Assembly: GCA_902384455.1 (NCBI GenBank)
Contig: CABMCB010000040.1
Span: forward strand, 1 to 25,834
Reading direction: 5' to 3'
Source of the DNA: an uncultured archaeon
Lineage (GTDB): Archaea > Altiarchaeota > Altiarchaeia > IMC4 > SCGC-AAA252-I15
DNA length: 25,834 nt
Shown here: in pieces, positions 25,767 to 25,834 of the stretch
How the letters are laid out: every line of letters begins with the position of its first letter
Numbering within the stretch: position 1 is the first letter of the stretch
Made by a program: the position numbers and the translations under genes
The notes under the pieces: model-generated
Seen by the model: only the letters and a program-made list of their open reading frames with translations
Databases searched by the model: none
What the model was told of the DNA's origin: nothing

Positions 25767-25834
25767 ATGTCATTCTTTGAAGTAGAGTTCCCGCGGACAA
25801 TCTCGTACAAGAGTACGGGTGGTGCTGGCTTCAA
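25767..25834 (+). CDS. DUF2460-like distal tail protein, 5' part only
   Basis: MSFFEVEFPRTISYKSTGGAGF directly after the tape measure stop; resembles the GTA-type TIGR02217 N-terminus. Confidence 0.7.
   Translation, partial: MSFFEVEFPRTISYKSTGGAGF

Noticed and set aside
1-25834. Stop-codon reassignment
   Set aside because: Conserved genes are uninterrupted in code 11 and end normally in TAA, TAG or TGA; the broken genes need frame changes, not readthrough.

Overview
A 25.8 kb segment of an HK97-like long-tailed (siphovirus-type) phage or prophage genome. Bases 1-3345 hold a leftward cluster of small accessory genes, including a DUF2786-like gene, behind two copies of one sigma70-type promoter. 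Bases 3620-6170 form a rightward RNA/accessory cluster: a circularly permuted (two-piece) tmRNA with its own promoter and a long tag ending in ALAA, a GT-A-type glycosyltransferase-like gene, an HNH endonuclease and an atypical initiator-like tRNA-Met. From 6186 to the end is a colinear morphogenesis operon: terS, terL, portal, two extra genes (Cys-rich HiPIP-like protein, histidine phosphatase), a multidomain prohead protease, major capsid, head-tail connector, a four-gene collagen/glycine-rich/repeat insert, head closure, gp10, tail completion, tail tube, tail chaperones with a likely -1 frameshift, tape measure and the start of a DUF2460-like tail protein. The strongest novelty candidate is the permuted tmRNA. 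Also notable are a recurrent 14-nt motif upstream of late genes and an apparently self-processed head cargo module. Five small genes carry single-base frameshifts at short homopolymers, probably sequencing errors or decay. All family names come from motif recognition by eye; no database searches were run.
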